Assembly: GCA_024644505.1 (NCBI GenBank)
Contig: JAHEHQ010000001.1
Coordinates: forward strand, 1 to 28,820
Origin: Gammaproteobacteria bacterium
GTDB taxonomy: Bacteria > Pseudomonadota > Gammaproteobacteria > Chromatiales > Chromatiaceae
Direction of reading: 5' to 3'
Length of the DNA stretch: 28,820 nt
Shown here: in pieces, positions 19,293-28,405 of the stretch
Layout: every line of letters begins with the position of its first letter
Numbering within the stretch: the first letter of the stretch is position 1
Made by a program: the position numbers and the translations under genes
Notes under the pieces: model-generated
Seen by the model: the letters and a program-made list of their open reading frames with translations, nothing else
Database searches by the model: none
What the model was told of the DNA's origin: nothing

Positions 19293-19867
19293 CTGAGGTT
19301 TATGGAAACCTGAAAACGTCTGCGGTTCGGTTTCTGTTACTGGTGCCTCTGCTGCTTCTTTCCCTGCCTTCCCAGGGTGAAGAGTTCCTGGTGAACGACC
19401 TTTCCACCAGACTGGTGGATGACACCTACCTGATGAATGCCAAGATCGAATACCGGTTCTCCGAAAACGTACTCGAGGCCCTGCAGAACGGTGTGCCCAT
19501 CACCCTGGAGATACATGTGCAGATTCGCCGCAAGGGGGCCTGGGTGTGGACAAAAGACCTGCTCGATTTTCGCTCACGCTACCAGATCCGCTATCACGCA
19601 CTGGCCTCGGTCTATCAGGTACTGGACCTGCAGTCCGGGAATCAGCAGAACTTTGCAACCCAGAGTTCGGCTCTCGATGCCCTGGGCAACATCGCCGACC
19701 TGCCGCTGTTGCGCAGCACCGACATGGAACCCGGCGAAACCTACATCCTGGCTGTACGCACCAAACTGGATATTGAGTCCCTGCCCCTGCCGTTAAGACC
19801 CGTCGCCTATGTCACCCCATCCTGGCGCCTGAACAGCGAGTGGAGCGAATGGCACCTCGAGCCCTGA
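19289..19867 (+). CDS. DUF4390 family exported protein
   Basis: ATGA overlap with the rsmB stop, hydrophobic signal segment, ALQNGVPITL, LDIESLPLPLRP and W.L.SEW. This is the usual gene between rsmB and ntrY-like kinases. Confidence 0.85.
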   Translation: MTEVYGNLKTSAVRFLLLVPLLLLSLPSQGEEFLVNDLSTRLVDDTYLMNAKIEYRFSENVLEALQNGVPITLEIHVQIRRKGAWVWTKDLLDFRSRYQIRYHALASVYQVLDLQSGNQQNFATQSSALDALGNIADLPLLRSTDMEPGETYILAVRTKLDIESLPLPLRPVAYVTPSWRLNSEWSEWHLEP

Positions 19868-22071
19868 AGCGTCTGACGAGCCGGGCGCTTCCCGTGGGTA
19901 TTCTGCTCGCGCTGATGATGCTGGCATTGCACCTGATGAGCAGCGCGGTTCAAAACACCGAGGAGCTGAGCAGGCTGTTCGTCCCGCTGCTGCTGGCAAC
20001 CGCCCTGGGCCTGTTCGCGTTGGTGATCATGGTCGCCATCAACCTGTTTCAGCTGGTGAGCAGATACCGACAGCAGGCGGCCGGTTCGAGATTGACACTG
20101 CGCATGGTGGCGATATTCGTGGTGATTTCGGTGGTCCCCGTAACCGTCGTCTTTTACTACTCGCAACAGTTTCTCATGCAGGGCATCGACAGCTGGTTCG
20201 ATGTGCAGATCGACCAGGCGATGGAAAGCGCCCTGAATCTGAGCCAAGCCTCACTGGATCTTCACAAGCGGGAAAGGATGAAGAGTACACAGCGCCTGAT
20301 GGAGGAGCTGAGCGGGATATCGGTGGCCGGACTGAGCCTCAGCCTTCAGGACCTGAGGGAGAAATACGGAGCAACCGAACTGGCTCTGCTGGAGCCCTCC
20401 GGCCGCCTGGTCGCCGTCAGCAACATCGACCCCACAATACTGGTGCCCGAGGAACCCGACAGCACCATACTGCAACAGGTGCGCGGCGGGGAGGATTTCG
20501 TCGGCCTGGACCCCACCCGCGGCGAAGAGGCTCAACTGCAGGTCCGGGTGGTTATCGGCGACTCCAACCGGGGTCTGCTGCTGCAGGCACTCTATCCCAC
20601 TTCCCTGAATCTCTCTCATTTGACCGAAACGGTACAGGAAGCCTACAACCGCTATAAGGAGCTGTCGTTCCTGCGGGAGAGCCTCAAACAGACCTTCACC
20701 ATGGCATTGGCGCTGGTGCTGCTGTTCGGGCTTCTGACGGCCGTCTGGGCGGCCATCTTTTCGGCGCGGCGGCTGGTGGCGCCCATCACGGATATCGCCG
20801 AGGGTACGCGGGCAGTTGCGAAGGGCGACTACGACACCCAACTCCCCCTGCCGCGGGCCAGGGATGAACTGGGATTTCTGGTTGCCTCTTTCAACACCAT
20901 GATGCGGCGCATCGCCCAGGCAAGGGACGAGGCCGCCGACAGCCAACGTCAGGTGGAAGCCCAGAGGGGCTACCTGGAGACCGTACTGGGCAGCCTCTCG
21001 TCGGGCGTGATGGCCCTGGATGACAAGGGGAACATACGCACCACGAATCAGGCCGCCCTCGACATTCTGCAGGTCAGGCTTGAAGACTATCTCAACCGTC
21101 CCCTGGATGAACTTGCAGGAGCGAGCCCTTTGCTGGGACAGTTCGTGGATGCCATCCGGGAAGTGATCAGCGAGAAAATGAAGGAGTGGCGCGAGGAACT
21201 CACGTTATTCAGCAATGACGGGAGAATAGTGCTCCTGTGCCGGGGCACGCCATTGGCACTTCCGGATGGCAAGGCCTCGGGTTACGTACTGATTTTCGAC
21301 GACATCACCACCCTTATCCAGGCCCAGAGAGACGCCGCTTGGGGTGAAGTGGCGAGGCGGCTGGCCCACGAGATCAAGAATCCACTGACGCCCATACAGC
21401 TTTCCGCAGAGCGGCTGCGTCACAAGTACCTGAAAAAAATGGACCCCAAGGAGGCGGAAGTGCTGGACCGTGCGACCCATACCATCGTCCAGCAGGTCGA
21501 GGCGATGAAAGAGATGGTCAACGCCTTTTCGGACTATGCACGCACCTCGACAATGAACCTGAAATCCCTGGTTTTCGACAGACTGGTCCAGGAAGTTCTT
21601 GACCTGTACAACAGCGCGGGTCTGAGATCCCTGTTCAAATCCCGGCTCGAGGCCGGGGTAGCCCGTATCGAGGCAGATCCGGTGCGTCTGCGCCAGGTGA
21701 TACACAACCTGGTCAAGAACGCGCAGGAGGCGGTGTCCGACGTGAAACACCCCAGGATCGAGGTAACGACCGGGCTGGTACACTCGGCAGACTATCAATT
21801 GATCGAACTCAGGGTTGCAGATAATGGCCCGGGGTTCGATGATGACACCCTGTCCCACCTGTTCGAGCCCTATGTGACCACCAAAGTCAAGGGTACGGGC
21901 CTGGGACTGCCGATCGTGAAAAAGATCGTCGAAGAGCATGGTGGCCTGGTAAGGGCCGAGAACCGGGCCGGCTCCGGCGCCTGTATCACACTCCGTCTGC
22001 CGCTGCCGGTTTCGCGGGAGAGGCTGACCGACGAACCGGCCCTGCGGCCGGTCAGGAGCAAAAACAAATGA
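19849..22071 (+). CDS. ntrY: NtrY-like membrane sensor histidine kinase (HAMP-PAS-HisKA-HATPase)
   Basis: TM helices, HAMP motif DELGFLVASFNTM, WGEVARRLAHEIKNPLTPIQLSAERL, NLVKNA, DNGPG, FEPYVTTK and GTGLGLPIV. GGAG RBS before ATG 19849. Confidence 0.9.
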   Translation: MAPRALKRLTSRALPVGILLALMMLALHLMSSAVQNTEELSRLFVPLLLATALGLFALVIMVAINLFQLVSRYRQQAAGSRLTLRMVAIFVVISVVPVTVVFYYSQQFLMQGIDSWFDVQIDQAMESALNLSQASLDLHKRERMKSTQRLMEELSGISVAGLSLSLQDLREKYGATELALLEPSGRLVAVSNIDPTILVPEEPDSTILQQVRGGEDFVGLDPTRGEEAQLQVRVVIGDSNRGLLLQALYPTSLNLSHLTETVQEAYNRYKELSFLRESLKQTFTMALALVLLFGLLTAVWAAIFSARRLVAPITDIAEGTRAVAKGDYDTQLPLPRARDELGFLVASFNTMMRRIAQARDEAADSQRQVEAQRGYLETVLGSLSSGVMALDDKGNIRTTNQAALDILQVRLEDYLNRPLDELAGASPLLGQFVDAIREVISEKMKEWREELTLFSNDGRIVLLCRGTPLALPDGKASGYVLIFDDITTLIQAQRDAAWGEVARRLAHEIKNPLTPIQLSAERLRHKYLKKMDPKEAEVLDRATHTIVQQVEAMKEMVNAFSDYARTSTMNLKSLVFDRLVQEVLDLYNSAGLRSLFKSRLEAGVARIEADPVRLRQVIHNLVKNAQEAVSDVKHPRIEVTTGLVHSADYQLIELRVADNGPGFDDDTLSHLFEPYVTTKVKGTGLGLPIVKKIVEEHGGLVRAENRAGSGACITLRLPLPVSRERLTDEPALRPVRSKNK

Positions 22072-23435
22072 GTACCTCCCACATCCTGGTGGTTGACGAC
22101 GAACCGGATATCCGGGGCCTGGTAAAGGAGATCCTCGAGGATGAGGACTACACCGTTGTGGCCGCGGACGGCGGGACTGCCGCCAGGCAGGCATTGCGTG
22201 ATCGCCGGCCCGATCTGGTGCTGCTGGACATCTGGATGCCGGACATCGACGGTATATCGCTGCTCAAGGAATGGGCCGAGGACGACGGCCTGCCCTGTCC
22301 GGTCATCATGATGTCGGGACACGGTACGGTTGAAACCGCCGTGGAGGCGACGCGGCTCGGGGCCTATGATTTCCTGGAAAAACCCCTGTCACTGGCAAAG
22401 CTCCTGCTTACGGTTGAAAGGGCCCTGGAGGCCGACAAGCTCCAACAGGAGAATATCGGCCTGCGGCGCCACAGCCAGCCGGTGGTCGAGCCGACGGGCA
22501 AAAGCGCCGTAATTCAGCGCCTGAGAGAGCAGGTCAAGCGCATTGCCCAACACGGAACCTGGGTGCTGATCACCGGGGAACCGGGCAGCGGCCGGGAAAC
22601 CTTCGCAAGATATCTGCACTCCCAGAGTCCGCGCCGAGACCTGCCCTTCATCGAGGTGAGTGTTTCTTCCATCGCAAAGGAGAATTCAGCGCGCGAGCTG
22701 TTCGGCAGCGAGGAAGGGGGTCATATTCATTACGGCGCCCTGGAGCAGGCGCGAAGAGGCACCCTGTTTCTCGACGAGGTGGCGGCCATGGGCATCGAGG
22801 CCCAGGCCCAGCTTCTGGGCGCCCTGGAATCCGGCTCCTTTCTGCGCGTCGGCGGTGTAGAGCCCGTGCAGATCGATGTCCGGATCATCGCCGCGACCCA
22901 GCGTAAACTGGAGGACGAGGTCCAGGCGGGAAATTTCAGGGAGGATCTGTTTTATTATCTCAACGTGGTGCCGCTTCATATACCACCCCTGCGGGACCAT
23001 CGCGAAGACGTACCGGATCTGTTGAACTATTATCTGGACTATTTCGTCGAGCATGAAAAACTGCCCTACCGCAGATTCGATATGAGCGCTCAGAATTTTC
23101 TGCGCAACCATCAATGGCACGGAAACATCAGGGAGTTGAAAAATCTGGTACAACGGTTATTGATACTCGGTGCCGGGGAAGAGATCACTCAGAACGAAGT
23201 GGAGATGGCCATCGGAGGAACGGGGCTTCCCGGAACCGAGGGAGCCGGTTTTCCCGTCTCCTTCGATCAACCGCTGCGCCAGGCCCGGGAGCAGTTCGAG
23301 AAGGCCTATCTGGAGTATCAACTGCACAAACAGTCGGGCAATGTCAGCCGGATGGCATCCGAGGCGGGGATGGAGCGCACCCATCTCTATCGCAAACTGC
23401 GCTCCCTGAATATCGAAATCAAGGACAGGAAATAG
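22068..23435 (+). CDS. ntrX: NtrX-like response regulator (REC - degenerate AAA+ - Fis-type HTH)
   Basis: Motifs ILVVDDE, LLDIWMPD, MMSGHG, FLEKP, GTLFLDEV, RIIAAT and GMERTHLYRKL. ATGA overlap with the kinase. Confidence 0.9.
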   Translation: MSTSHILVVDDEPDIRGLVKEILEDEDYTVVAADGGTAARQALRDRRPDLVLLDIWMPDIDGISLLKEWAEDDGLPCPVIMMSGHGTVETAVEATRLGAYDFLEKPLSLAKLLLTVERALEADKLQQENIGLRRHSQPVVEPTGKSAVIQRLREQVKRIAQHGTWVLITGEPGSGRETFARYLHSQSPRRDLPFIEVSVSSIAKENSARELFGSEEGGHIHYGALEQARRGTLFLDEVAAMGIEAQAQLLGALESGSFLRVGGVEPVQIDVRIIAATQRKLEDEVQAGNFREDLFYYLNVVPLHIPPLRDHREDVPDLLNYYLDYFVEHEKLPYRRFDMSAQNFLRNHQWHGNIRELKNLVQRLLILGAGEEITQNEVEMAIGGTGLPGTEGAGFPVSFDQPLRQAREQFEKAYLEYQLHKQSGNVSRMASEAGMERTHLYRKLRSLNIEIKDRK

Positions 23436-23480
23436 CCGGAACCAGCGAATCGTAAAATCATTGGCCGGGTTTAACAAAAA

Positions 23481-24854
23481 GTGAAGATAATCATTCTCGG
23501 CGCCGGTCAGGTGGGCAGCTCCGTTGCCAGTAATCTGGCCTCGGAGGCCAACGACATAACGGTGGTGGACACAAACCCGGAACTGCTGCGGGAGCTTCAG
23601 GACCGGCTCGACCTGAGTACGGTGCTGGGACACGCCGCCCATCCCGATATACTGCTTCGCGCCGGTGCCGAGGATGCGGACATGATCCTCGCGGTAACCA
23701 ACAGCGACGAAACCAACATGGTTGCCTGTCAGGTGGCCTACACCCTTTTCCACACACCGACCAAGATCGCACGGGTGCGGGAATCGGGTTTTACCCGCTA
23801 TCCCCAGCTTTTTGCGGAAGGGGCCCTCCCCGTGGACGTGCTGATAAGCCCGGAACAGATCGTCACAGATTACATCATGCGTCTCATCGAGAACCCGGGT
23901 GCCCTGCAGGTTCTGGATTTTGCCGGCGGCCGGGTAAGGCTGGTGGCGGTGATTGCCTATCACGACGGTCCGCTGGTGGGGCATCAGCTGCGCACGCTCT
24001 ACGACCACATGCCCAATATCGATGCGCGGGTTGCCGCAATCTACCGGAAGGGTCGCGCCATCCAGCCCGAGGGCAATACGGTCATCGAGATCAACGACGA
24101 GGTGTTCTTCATCGCAGCGACCCACAACATCCGGGCGGTGATGAGTGAGCTGCGCAAGCTGGAAACACCCTACAAGCGTCTGATTTTCGCCGGGGGGGGC
24201 AACATCGGCAAACGCCTGGCCGGGGCCCTGGAAAAGAGGTATCAGGTAAAGCTGATCGAGAAGAACAAAACCCGGGCGGAGTCAATCGCCGAGGACCTGC
24301 CGAAGACCATCGTGCTGCATGGCGACGTGGCGGATGAAGACCTGCTGCTGGAGGAGAGTGTGGAGAACACCGACGTGTTCTGCACCGTAACCAACGACGA
24401 TGAGGACAATATTCTGTCTGCCATGCTGGCGAAGCGGCTGGGGGCCCGCAAGGTGATGGCGCTCATCAACCGGCACGCCTACGTGGACATGGTGCAGAGC
24501 AGCCAGATAGACATCGCCATATCCCCCCAGCAGGCCACCATCGGCACGCTGCTGACCCACGTTCGCCGGGGCGACGTGGTGATGGTGCATTCGCTGCGCC
24601 GCGGCGCTGCGGAAGCGATCGAGGCGGTTGCCCACGGGGATATCTCGTCATCCCGGGTGGTGGGTCGATGCATCGAGGAGATCACGCTGCCGAGGGGCGC
24701 GAGCATCGGCGCCATCGTCAGGGGTGAAGAAGTGCTGATTGCCCATCACGACGTAGTCATCGAGTCAGAGGACCACGTGATCCTGTTCCTGATCGACAAG
24801 CGCCATATCTCGGAAGTAGAGCGCCTGTTCCAGGTCGGCATCACTTTTCTATAG
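23481..24854 (+). CDS. trkA: Trk potassium uptake NAD-binding subunit
   Basis: Two RCK_N motifs (GAGQVG, GGGNIG) plus VTNSDETNM and [14 protein letters not shown] start. Confidence 0.97.
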   Translation: MKIIILGAGQVGSSVASNLASEANDITVVDTNPELLRELQDRLDLSTVLGHAAHPDILLRAGAEDADMILAVTNSDETNMVACQVAYTLFHTPTKIARVRESGFTRYPQLFAEGALPVDVLISPEQIVTDYIMRLIENPGALQVLDFAGGRVRLVAVIAYHDGPLVGHQLRTLYDHMPNIDARVAAIYRKGRAIQPEGNTVIEINDEVFFIAATHNIRAVMSELRKLETPYKRLIFAGGGNIGKRLAGALEKRYQVKLIEKNKTRAESIAEDLPKTIVLHGDVADEDLLLEESVENTDVFCTVTNDDEDNILSAMLAKRLGARKVMALINRHAYVDMVQSSQIDIAISPQQATIGTLLTHVRRGDVVMVHSLRRGAAEAIEAVAHGDISSSRVVGRCIEEITLPRGASIGAIVRGEEVLIAHHDVVIESEDHVILFLIDKRHISEVERLFQVGITFL

Positions 24855-24857
24855 GCC

Positions 24858-26309
24858 ATGCAGTTCAGCGCGGTACAACGCATTCTCGGTATCCTCCTGA
24901 TGCTTTTCAGCATCACCATGGTGCCACCGCTCGTGGTGTCGGTCTGGTACCAGGACGGTGCGGCGGCACCGTTCGGCTCGGCGCTGATACTCACTTTCCT
25001 GGCCGGTGCCCTGTTATGGATGCCGGTACGAAAATACAGACGGGAACTGCGGCTTCGTGACGGATTCATGATCGTCGTCATGTTCTGGGGTGTGCTCGGC
25101 CTCATGGGGGCGCTGCCCTTCATGCTCGCCATTCGCCCGGACATGAGCACCACCGACTCCGTGTTTGAATCCATATCGGGCCTGACCACCACCGGAGCCA
25201 CCGTTATCGTGGGCCTCGACCTGCTTCCCCGTTCGATTCTCTATTATCGACAGCAGCTGCAGTGGCTCGGCGGCATGGGCATCATCGTGTTGGCGGTTGC
25301 GGTACTGCCGATGCTGGGCATCGGCGGCATGCAGCTGTATCGGGCGGAGACACCGGGGCCGATGAAGGATTCCAAGCTCACCCCCCGGATCACCGAGACG
25401 GCCAAGGCGCTCTGGTATATCTATCTGGGCCTGACCCTGACCTGCGCCGCCGCCTATTGGGCCGCGGGGATGACGCCGTTCGACGCCCTGGGGCATGCCT
25501 TCTCCACCATTGCCATTGGCGGCTTCTCCACCCATGACGCCAGTATGGGCTACTTCGACAGCACACTCATCGAGATGATCGCCGTGGTGTTCCTGCTCAT
25601 ATCCGGCGTCAATTTCGCGCTGCACTTCGTGGCCTGGCGCCAACGCAGCCCATTCGTCTACTTTCTCGACAGCGAATTCAGATTCTATCTTCTGGTACTT
25701 ATGATGGTGGCGGTCCTGGTCATCACGGCACTTTACTTCGGCGGTACCTATCACGACTGGGGCGAGGCGTTTACCAAAGGCCTGTTCCAGGCGGTTTCCA
25801 TCGGCACCACCGCGGGTTTCACAACTGCAGACTATTCGGTCTGGCCGGGCTTCATTGCCATCCTGCTTCTGTTTTCCAGCTTTGTCGGCGGCTGCGCAGG
25901 CTCCACCGGCGGCGGCATCAAGGTCATCCGTTTCCTGCTCCTGATCAAACAAGGCTTGCGTGAGATTGCCAGGCTGATCCATCCCAGCGCCCAGATCCCG
26001 ATCCGCATCGGGGACAAGACCATCAGTACCCGGGTGATAGAGGCCGTATGGGGGTTTTTCGCCCTCTACGTGGCCAGCTTTGTGACCATGTATCTCGCCC
26101 TGGCCCTTACCGGGCTGGACCTGATGACCTCCTTCTCCGCGGTGGCGGCTTCCATCAATAACCTGGGCCCAGGCCTTTCGACCGTTGGCGTCAACTATGC
26201 CTCCCTGAACGATCCCGCCAAGTGGATACTCTGTTTCGCCATGCTGCTGGGGCGCCTGGAGATCTTCACGCTCCTGGTGCTGCTGTCACCGACTTACTGG
26301 CGTAAGTAA
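24858..26309 (+). CDS. trkH: Trk potassium uptake membrane subunit
   Basis: Pore motifs ESISGLTTTGAT, IAIGGFS, GTTAGF and NNLGPG, plus QWLGGMGII, GGCAGSTGGGIK and MLLGRLEI. Confidence 0.97.
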   Translation: MQFSAVQRILGILLMLFSITMVPPLVVSVWYQDGAAAPFGSALILTFLAGALLWMPVRKYRRELRLRDGFMIVVMFWGVLGLMGALPFMLAIRPDMSTTDSVFESISGLTTTGATVIVGLDLLPRSILYYRQQLQWLGGMGIIVLAVAVLPMLGIGGMQLYRAETPGPMKDSKLTPRITETAKALWYIYLGLTLTCAAAYWAAGMTPFDALGHAFSTIAIGGFSTHDASMGYFDSTLIEMIAVVFLLISGVNFALHFVAWRQRSPFVYFLDSEFRFYLLVLMMVAVLVITALYFGGTYHDWGEAFTKGLFQAVSIGTTAGFTTADYSVWPGFIAILLLFSSFVGGCAGSTGGGIKVIRFLLLIKQGLREIARLIHPSAQIPIRIGDKTISTRVIEAVWGFFALYVASFVTMYLALALTGLDLMTSFSAVAASINNLGPGLSTVGVNYASLNDPAKWILCFAMLLGRLEIFTLLVLLSPTYWRK

Positions 26310-26316
26310 ACGCGAA

Positions 26317-26730
26317 TCAATACGTGATTATCTGGCCCTTGCCGAGTATCGCGTTGAACATGGCATGGAGCGACCTTGCCTCTATGGGTTTGGCAACGAA
26401 TCGGGATGCACCGCAGCGCTCGGCTTCAGACGCCTTTCCCCCTGAAGCCAGTCCGCTGTACAGGATTACCGGCAGACCCGGCTGCAGGCGGTGCAGTTGC
26501 TGCATCAGTTCGGTCCCGACACCGTCGGGCAGATTGTAATCGAGCAGTGCGAGATCGAACCGGGTTTCCGAGATCGCGTCCAGTGCCTCGCCGCAGCTGG
26601 CGGCAGTCGTGACCTGATACCCCAGTTCCTCGAACTCCCAGCGCATCATGCACAACAGGGATTTGTCATCCTCGGTTATCAGCAGCTTTCTGGCGGTCTG
26701 CTGATCGGACTCCCGGGAGTGAGGGGCCAT
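26317..26730 (-). CDS. Stand-alone receiver (CheY-like) domain protein
   Basis: LLITEDD, LALLDYNLPDG, VILYSG and FVAKP show the phospho-acceptor residues intact. No output domain and no evident SD sequence. Confidence 0.88.
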   Translation of the reverse strand: MAPHSRESDQQTARKLLITEDDKSLLCMMRWEFEELGYQVTTAASCGEALDAISETRFDLALLDYNLPDGVGTELMQQLHRLQPGLPVILYSGLASGGKASEAERCGASRFVAKPIEARSLHAMFNAILGKGQIITY

Positions 26731-27264
26731 TCAGGCAACCAGTGTATCGCGCAATTTCTGCTTGGCCCGAAACAGCCGGGTGCCGACACCGGCGGAAGAG
26801 ATACCAATCTGACCCGCTATCTCCTTCTGGGAGTAGCCTTCCACCACCTGTTTCACCAGTGGTACCCGGTATTCCTCCGGCAGGTTGTCGATGGCACGAC
26901 GCAGCACGAAGGCTTCAGTGGAAGTGTCGTAACTGGCCTCCCTGGCCTTGAGTTCGTCCAGCGGAATACTTGCTTCCTGGGGGCGATAACGCTCGAAGCG
27001 CCGCGCATTCTCCCGACGCAGGATGGTAAGCAGCCAGCCCTTGGCGGAATCGATGCTCTGGAGTTTGTCGAACGAACGCCAGGCTCTCAGCAACGCCTCC
27101 TGCACCAGGTCCTCGGCAATGTGCCTATCCCCGGCCAGCCAATAAGCGTATCGCTTCATGTCGGTTTCGTAGCGGGAGATCATGTCATTGAAACGCCGCT
27201 CCCGGGCAAATGCGAAAAAGTCTCTGTTTGTCTGGTTGTTTACTTCCAGGGCGGCGTCGGTCAT
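26731..27264 (-). CDS. ECF-family sigma-70 factor
   Basis: Region 2 motifs RYAYWL, AEDLVQEALLRAW and GWLLTILRRE. Region 4 motif LPEEYR...GYSQKEIA...TRLFRAKQKL. RBS GAGGA. Confidence 0.94.
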   Translation of the reverse strand: MTDAALEVNNQTNRDFFAFARERRFNDMISRYETDMKRYAYWLAGDRHIAEDLVQEALLRAWRSFDKLQSIDSAKGWLLTILRRENARRFERYRPQEASIPLDELKAREASYDTSTEAFVLRRAIDNLPEEYRVPLVKQVVEGYSQKEIAGQIGISSAGVGTRLFRAKQKLRDTLVA

Positions 27265-27314
27265 GGTCGTAGTCCTCTGAAATAATCATTGCAACTCTCT
27301 TGCCCTTAAGAGAA

Positions 27315-27330
27315 TGCAGATGCCATGCCA
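27315..27330 (-). promoter_or_regulatory. Sigma54 (-24/-12) promoter candidate for the ECF sigma gene
   Basis: The minus strand reads TGGCATGGCATCTGCA against consensus TGGCACGNNNNTTGCW, with exact GG-N10-GC spacing, 50 nt upstream of the start codon. Confidence 0.72.
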
Positions 27331-27335
27331 ACTTT

Positions 27336-27348
27336 TAACTAATTGAAT
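27336..27348 (-). promoter_or_regulatory. IHF-like binding site
   Basis: The minus strand reads ATTCAATTAGTTA against WATCAANNNNTTR (one mismatch), in an AT-rich tract just upstream of the -24 element. Confidence 0.45.
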
Positions 27349-27447
27349 TTAATATATTTAATGCCTTTCTAATAGACCTGTTCGTAACAAATCATTACAA
27401 CGATTCGTGGAACTTAACGAAACGTGAAACCCTCCGCCGGTGGCTGT

Positions 27448-28173
27448 TCACACACCCTTTTTGAGCAGACGACGCACCACGGAAAGATGCCGCCGGCTGA
27501 TCTCCAGACGCTCACCCGTGCCTTCCAGGCGTGCCAGGCAGCGCCCGTCCGGTTCCTTATCCAGACCCATCAGGCGCTGTTGCGACACCAGCGCATTGCG
27601 ATGAATCCTCACGAATCGTCCGGCATATCGGTCCTCGAGTGTTTTAAGACTCTCCTCGAGCAGCGCCTCACCCCCGGGATGACAAGCGGTTACGTACTTG
27701 TGATCCGCTCGAAAAAAGATAATTTCATCCAAGGGAATGCGCTTGATGCCACCCCTGTAAACGGTGCTGATATAGTCCTTGACCGGATCCTGGATCGCCT
27801 GGATCTGGGGCCGTGTGGGTACTTGCACTTGGTACAGCGCCTTCTTGAGGCGATAACTTCGAACCGGTTTGAGCAGATAGTTCAGGGCATGCCCCTGAAA
27901 GGCGTGGAGGGCGTGTTCCTCATAGGCAGACACGAAGATGACCGCCGGCGGATTGTCCAGTCGGGCAATCCGCGCGGCCGCCTCGACACCGTCCATGACA
28001 GGCATCCTGATATCCAGCAGAACCAGATCCACCTCCATTGCCTGGCAGCACTCAATGGCCTCACGACCGTTGGCTGCCTCACCGACAACGCGGTACGGCT
28101 CACCCATGTCCAAAAGCATCGAACCCAGGAGCTGCCGCGCCGGCGCCTCGTCATCAACGATCAGAATGTTCAT
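27448..28173 (-). CDS. LytTR-family response regulator (AlgR-like)
   Basis: Motifs ILIVDDEAPAR, LLDIRMPVMDG, IFVSAY, YLLKP, FRADHKYV, FVRIHRNALV and ISRR. Confidence 0.95.
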   Translation of the reverse strand: MNILIVDDEAPARQLLGSMLLDMGEPYRVVGEAANGREAIECCQAMEVDLVLLDIRMPVMDGVEAAARIARLDNPPAVIFVSAYEEHALHAFQGHALNYLLKPVRSYRLKKALYQVQVPTRPQIQAIQDPVKDYISTVYRGGIKRIPLDEIIFFRADHKYVTACHPGGEALLEESLKTLEDRYAGRFVRIHRNALVSQQRLMGLDKEPDGRCLARLEGTGERLEISRRHLSVVRRLLKKGV

Positions 28174-28218
28174 TCATCATTCCACAAATACCAGCTTTAA
28201 TTTTTTAACCCTCTGTAT

Positions 28219-28405
28219 TAGTGCCTGTTAACACTATGCGGATACTCATCGACGGAGGCCATTTTTTCACAGGACAAGGCGCACTGAGCGCAGTGTACCC
28301 GCCGTACATTCGCGGCTCCTGCGCATCCATGCGTCCGCGGCATACTGTACTTCCTGTACATAAGCGAAGTGCAACGCGGTCATGGGGAAAAATGGCCCCG
28401 TCCCT
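28219..28405. mobile_element. Truncated MITE-like palindromic repeat element
   Basis: Begins TAGTGCCTGTTAACACTATGCGGATACTCAT (shared with 13331) and has nested inverted repeats at 28257-28266 / 28388-28397 with internal hairpins. No transposase and no matching right end are seen. Right boundary approximate. Confidence 0.55.

Noticed and set aside
26709-26733. SECIS-type selenocysteine recoding of the sigma TGA
   Set aside because: The downstream stem is short and lacks the typical bacterial SECIS loop, and a Sec at an interdomain linker has no obvious role. It is kept only as generic readthrough speculation.
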